64,000 nucleotides of DNA from Amphiscolops sp. MND2022 (Eukaryota): the NCBI GenBank assembly GCA_964187785.1, contig OZ076420.1, forward strand, positions 45,136,001 to 45,200,000, written 5' to 3'. The translations under genes were made by a program, and so were the position numbers. The stretch's first letter is position 1; each line of letters begins with the position of its first letter. A model generated the notes under the pieces. It was not told the origin of the DNA, did not search any database, and saw only the letters and a program-made list of their open reading frames with translations. Shown piece after piece: positions 59,901-64,000 of the stretch.

Positions 59901-62900
59901 ATGCAATAGTAGGTACTCGTGAAATATATAATTTATACAAAGCAGTTTGAACCATTGAACTTTTGAGAAGATCTAATTCTTCGAGCGGACATTTACTACT
60001 TTTCCTATCATGTGACAAAACCCAAACCAATTTTCGCTCAACAGTTTTAATCAGTTGAACATTTTCACAAATTAGAACTGTTTTTCTGAGCGGAGAAAAT
60101 CAAGCAAACGGAGGAGCTTAGAAAAAAGCCGCATGTTTGCATGCATGTAATCTTCAACCTTGGCAGCGAATGCCCTTTAATTTGATTGGTTGAATTGCAG
60201 TCATGTGACTTTTTGTGGAGCTTTTCTGTTACGTAATTTCCTTTTCCTTTCACTCTGCCCCTAAATATGGTTGTGGAAATAACCGAAACACAAAGGCTGA
60301 CATTTTGTGACGCCATGTTCCTTCAGGCCGCAAGAAAATGTCCCTATTTTTGCCTGAAAGGTACATGCATCTAGCAATCCACATCTAATGTAATGAATCT
60401 TATCTTGTTTCTACCAATCGTCCCCCACCCCGAAAAAAAGTAATTTGTAATTGTAATAGCAATGTACACGCAAAAATCCGTTTTACACAATTTGTCATTG
60501 CGTCATTCATGCAGAAATGATTCGTAACGACCAGCTTATGACGAAAAACGGGTTTGGAAAATTGAGCATCCGCTTCTCAACAGAGCAGCGGGGGTTTCCT
60601 GCTGAAAATTATTCCAAGTCGACGCTGATCTGTCAGACGAATGTATAGTAGTTGTTTTCACATGCTATTTTTTTCCACTTATTTGTGTAAAATATGAAAA
60701 ACTGATGACTCAATGACTCAATGCTTACTCTGCGATCGAGGACATTTTGTATCGACGTTTTGTATAAAAGTTTTGTTGATCATTCCAAAACTTAGACGTC
60801 GTTCGACGTTTTTTTACACATATTGGACATTTTTTGTCATAATTTTAGACGTTCTATGACGATTGTCAGAGAATTTTCATCATTCCTGGTGCTCAAGGTC
60901 AAATACGGCCTTTCAACTGGCTGGGACACGGTCGTTAACTCAAAATGCTTTTAATCTAATTTTTGACATGACACCCTTGATAAGAATCTTGATAAACCAT
61001 GGCTATCTTGTCAAGAGCTTGCCATGATCTTGACAAGCGTTCCATGTATCAAGATTAGCCATGATCTTGAGAAGGGTAGCATGGTTAACCATGATTTAGC
61101 AAAATTAACCATGATCTTGGCAAGCTTAGCGTGTCTTCGATCGCTGGGTAGTCTTCAAACCACTTCAGCAGGTGACTTCAAAATGTCAACTTGGATATGT
61201 CAATTTGTGAGTTTTCGTGTCGATTTGGGAATGAGTTTTGTGTTGTTTAGGTACATTTCGACAAAGAACCCCCAACAAGCTACTTCCATGTTCTCCCTGA
61301 AGCGGGCGCAGGTCTCCATCTTGGTGAACTGGACCCTCTCGTTCGCCTACGGGTGCTGCTGGGTCACTTTCATCGAGTTCGACATGTGTGTGTTAAACAA
61401 CGGAGAGATGATTGACAGGTACAAATCACAGCATCTTCTAAGTTGTAGTGCAAAAACTCGCTACTTTTTATTGAGATTCGAATTATTTCAGCTCCATCTT
61501 TTCGTAATTCTGGAAAAAATAGTGGATCGATAAAATATTTCAATGAAGACTAATTTTGATGGAAAAAATATGGTTCTTTCCAACTCCATATTTGGAATTT
61601 TTGAAATCAAAACCCATCAAAACTCGGCTTTACCACTGGACTTAAAACACTTTGATTTTAAAATTAAAGTTTTAATTTTATTTCCCCATTTCTACGAGGT
61701 GGATGCCGTGTAAGCATTTCTGTATTTCCGAATCTGCGCCCTTTCGGTTACTATCTCTCCATTCTTGCAACCAAGTGGTCAAGCAATGGCCAGTTTGAAG
61801 CTGTGTTTTCAAAATGACTTGCTCAAGGTCGACTTATTCCTTATTTATATAAACTTCTATATATATCGAACTTATATATAAAGAATTCTTGTAAGTATTA
61901 TCATTCATTTTCAACAGGTGTCAATTGCGCCCACTCGACATCGGCCGAGCAGTGATGTCGGTCACAGAGGGGTTCTTCCTGCTGGCACTCCCTCTAGCGG
62001 CCTCTGTGATCCTATTGGTCCAGACATCCACTCCAGCAGTGGTGCAGAGTCCCAGACACCAGATGGGCACCCCGGCATACCCCCAACATACCAACCCCAG
62101 TTCGGGGTACTTGCTGCACCAGAGGTTCGCGTCCCCTCCTGGAGCCACAGTGGCACTGTCAACAAGTAGCAGACATTCACAGCTGTTGTCGACAGCTACT
62201 AAAAATGAAAAACCCTACAGTGTGAGTGGACATCTTTGAATTTGTTTAGATGTTCAGAAATGCTTTAAAAAGCAAGTTTTGCTATAATGAATTAAATCTT
62301 GCCACGTTCTGGAGAACATTGAAAACCCAGAGAAAAAATGAGTAGGAGAAAAGTAAAAAGTTGAATTTCCTTGATAGGGTTTTCAGATTCGTTCTGTTTA
62401 GTGCAGAGATGCATGCGGAAAAAGCATAAACAATAATTGCTTTAAAAATTACATCTGGCAAACGGATGACTCAAGTTATGTTAACTTTTACCAGGGTTTC
62501 CTCACAAGTTGGAAGTGAAAAAACTTTCATAATGATCAGATCAAGTATTTTGGTGTCATTTTGCTCTTCAAATTTAACAAAATCCGTGGAACTCTTTTTT
62601 TTCTTTTCAGCTGGTACGTCTGATGCTTCTTGTGTTGATATCCTACATCCTTCTGGCAGCGCCCAGAAGACTAATGGAACTGTACATTTTCTCTTCGACT
62701 GACATAAGCAACAAGTATTTCACAGAGACAGTTCTCTATACACTCATGTACATAAACACCGCCCTGTACCCATTCTTGATTCTCCTGATGTCATCAAACA
62801 TGCGAAGAGCCATCCGACAGTTCATAAAACCCAAAAACACCCGCGGAAGGCTGTACACCCACGAAATGTCGGCCCAAAACGTCACCCAAAGGGCTAATAA

Positions 62901-63504
62901 GATGCAAGCGGGGTTCCGATCCTCAACGACCGGGGGACAAAGTGCCAGAAATGGGTCTGGCAATGTTGCCGGTATAGCGGGAGTTTTGGGGTCAAACCGG
63001 AGCGCGTCTCCTGACCCCAGAGGAGGTCAAGGTCAACAAGGTCAAGGTCAACAAGAGGTCTCGGTGTCGTTCATCCACGTGAGTCCGAGTGGCAATCACT
63101 TGAACAGACTGTCTTCCATTGCGTCATATTCAAGGTCAGTTTCGAGCAACAGCAGCGATCGTCATTCTAGTTCCAGCACTGACAGTATGAGCAGCTATGA
63201 CGTAAGCGATGATGTCTTCTATTCCTTCGCTCCCCCTAAAGTGGGAACAAACAACTCCTCCCCGGGTGGAAAAAGCATTGGAAATGGGAAGCCCCCGATT
63301 GGTGTGAAAAACAGTCCAATTGCGAAACCTGTTATTAACCAGGACCAACCAGGCACCAGCCAAAGTGGCAATTCCACCCCCCAAAGCACCATCAGTGTCC
63401 CCACTGCTCAGAAACTTCCCGCGAAACCCACAAAGGCTGCGAAACCTTTAAATCTTCCTGTTGCAGCCAAAGACAAAACTGGACCCAGTACGTCAGATGC
63501 TTGA
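38991..63504 (+). CDS. Orphan class A (rhodopsin-like) GPCR with signal peptide, long ICL3 and long Ser/Pro/Gly-rich C-tail. Exons 38991-39504, 53822-54074, 61251-61418, 61918-62221, 62611-63504; about 710 aa
   Basis: GT-AG junctions are phase-consistent (2133 nt). Seven hydrophobic segments; TM1 SN, ECL1 WILGEFSC, TM3 AFER|Y split by intron 2, TM4 W, ECL2 Cys, TM5 P, TM6 P, TM7 YINTALYP, helix 8 SSNMRRAI. Joining exon 1 across a 14.3-kb intron is inferred from the half-TM1 and matching phase. Confidence 0.85.
41445..41699. repeat. 27-bp minisatellite (ATTTATTTTCGGACTTGCGCAACCCAA), about 9.5 copies
   Basis: CGGAC recurs every 27 bp from 41449 to 41692. Confidence 0.95.
42053..42814. repeat. 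TGAAAT-core minisatellite: 15-16-bp monomers in a ~77-bp higher-order repeat, preceded by an inverted block
   Basis: 42053..42186 has ATTTCA(C/T)CCC monomers and 42190..42814 has GGGGTGAAAT monomers; the 77-bp period is seen e.g. at 42257 and 42334. Confidence 0.9.
45324..45461. repeat. 138-bp spacerless palindrome (two 69-bp arms, 2 mismatched pairs)
   Basis: Centre GGAAAAAT|ATTTTTCC lies between 45392 and 45393; mismatches only at 45331/45454 and 45361/45424. Confidence 0.95.
46303..46740 (-). mobile_element. HINE-like family 1 copy (diverged)
   Basis: ACAAGCCGGGAACGG start; CGCATTTCACTTCATGAAACGCCGGCTAAAAA end. Confidence 0.72.
50551..51139 (-). mobile_element. HINE-like family 1 copy
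   Basis: ACAAGCCGGGACCGGCCCAAGTCGGCGCC start; GTCGCGTTTCACTTCATGAAGAGCCGACTAAAAA end; expanded internal tandem units. Confidence 0.8.
51140..51424 (-). pseudogene. hAT transposase C-terminal dimerisation-domain fragment
   Basis: ASANVERAISHFSNVLSDDRRSFGEKNLE resembles the hAT dimerisation motif (S..vERsFS....l...R..l...nl); it abuts the HINE copy. Confidence 0.65.
51665..51800. repeat. (C/T)AAGATCTTG-type 11-12-bp degenerate tandem repeat; related arrays at ~52510..52640, ~56340..56430 and ~60975..61125
   Basis: Recurring CAAGATCTTG/CATGATCTTG motifs in four intronic patches. Confidence 0.7.
57668..58166 (-). mobile_element. HINE-like family 1 copy with a different B-box cassette (about 57990..58050)
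   Basis: ACAAGACGGGAACGTCTAAAGTCGGCGCT start; AAAAGCGCCGACTAAAAA end; minus-strand CCAGCGGTCACGGGTTCGAGTCCC. Confidence 0.75.
58212..59041. mobile_element. TIR MITE (Tc1/mariner-like, TA-flanked) with internal GTCGTGGAATCC repeats in both orientations
   Basis: 25-bp perfect inverted termini TACATTACAGTGCACAGGCAAGCTA / TAGCTTGCCTGTGCACTGTAATGTA. Confidence 0.82.
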
Positions 63505-64000
63505 CTGTTTTGAACCTGTTTTCGTTGAAAATCCGATCAAATGCACATAAATTTCATAGTTTTATCAAACCGGAGAACCCTACAATTAGATTCAGAAAAA
63601 CTGAGCAGATCGTTGTAGAAAAAATTACAACAACAATCCGCTAATCATTCTTTATTATCATGATTGAAAATGGACAATAAAAATAAACAATTGACAATAA
63701 CAATTTACTGAATGTTTTAGATATGAATCGCATGCCTGCTATTTTTATGTAATCATTTGACCCATAGTGACGAATTTTTGACTGATTCCAATAAATGATT
63801 ATCTAAATGTTCCATTGAGTAGATAAATTTATGACTGTTTTCACAACTTCTTTTCGCGAACGGATAGAACAATTCAAAATGGCTGAATCAACTTAGAAAC
63901 GATTGTCTTCGAAAGATCTCAAACGAATAAGTGTGAAAAGTTAGGTATCAGCAACTACTTCGAACAAATTTCTGCTGTGGAAATTCATAATGTTCAAAGA

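Overview
AT-rich, intron-rich animal (invertebrate-like) genomic DNA; the organism cannot be identified from the sequence. The window holds two spliced + strand genes. One is a 17-exon Claspin/Mrc1 checkpoint-mediator gene (1205..22209, about 1447 aa, one GC-AG intron). The other is a 5-exon orphan class A GPCR gene (38991..63504, about 710 aa) with a signal peptide, a furin-type RPKR site and several lost activation motifs. Between them is an 8.4-kb Ty3/gypsy-type LTR element on the - strand (27005..35418), with 1.94-kb nearly identical LTRs, a tRNA-Asn-like PBS and a PPT. It encodes Gag-CCHC-protease followed by a TARG1/OARD1-class ADP-ribosyl hydrolase macrodomain with intact catalytic residues, and has no recognisable RT, RNase H or integrase. 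This is the most interesting object in the window. Introns and intergenic DNA are dense with non-autonomous elements: Helentron/DINE-1-like (HINE) copies, some carrying tRNA-like Pol III cassettes; piggyBac-like TTAA MITEs; pogo/Tc1-like TA MITEs; a hAT transposase fragment; a 138-bp spacerless palindrome; and several minisatellites. All assignments were made by eye and from recalled family motifs; no searches were run.
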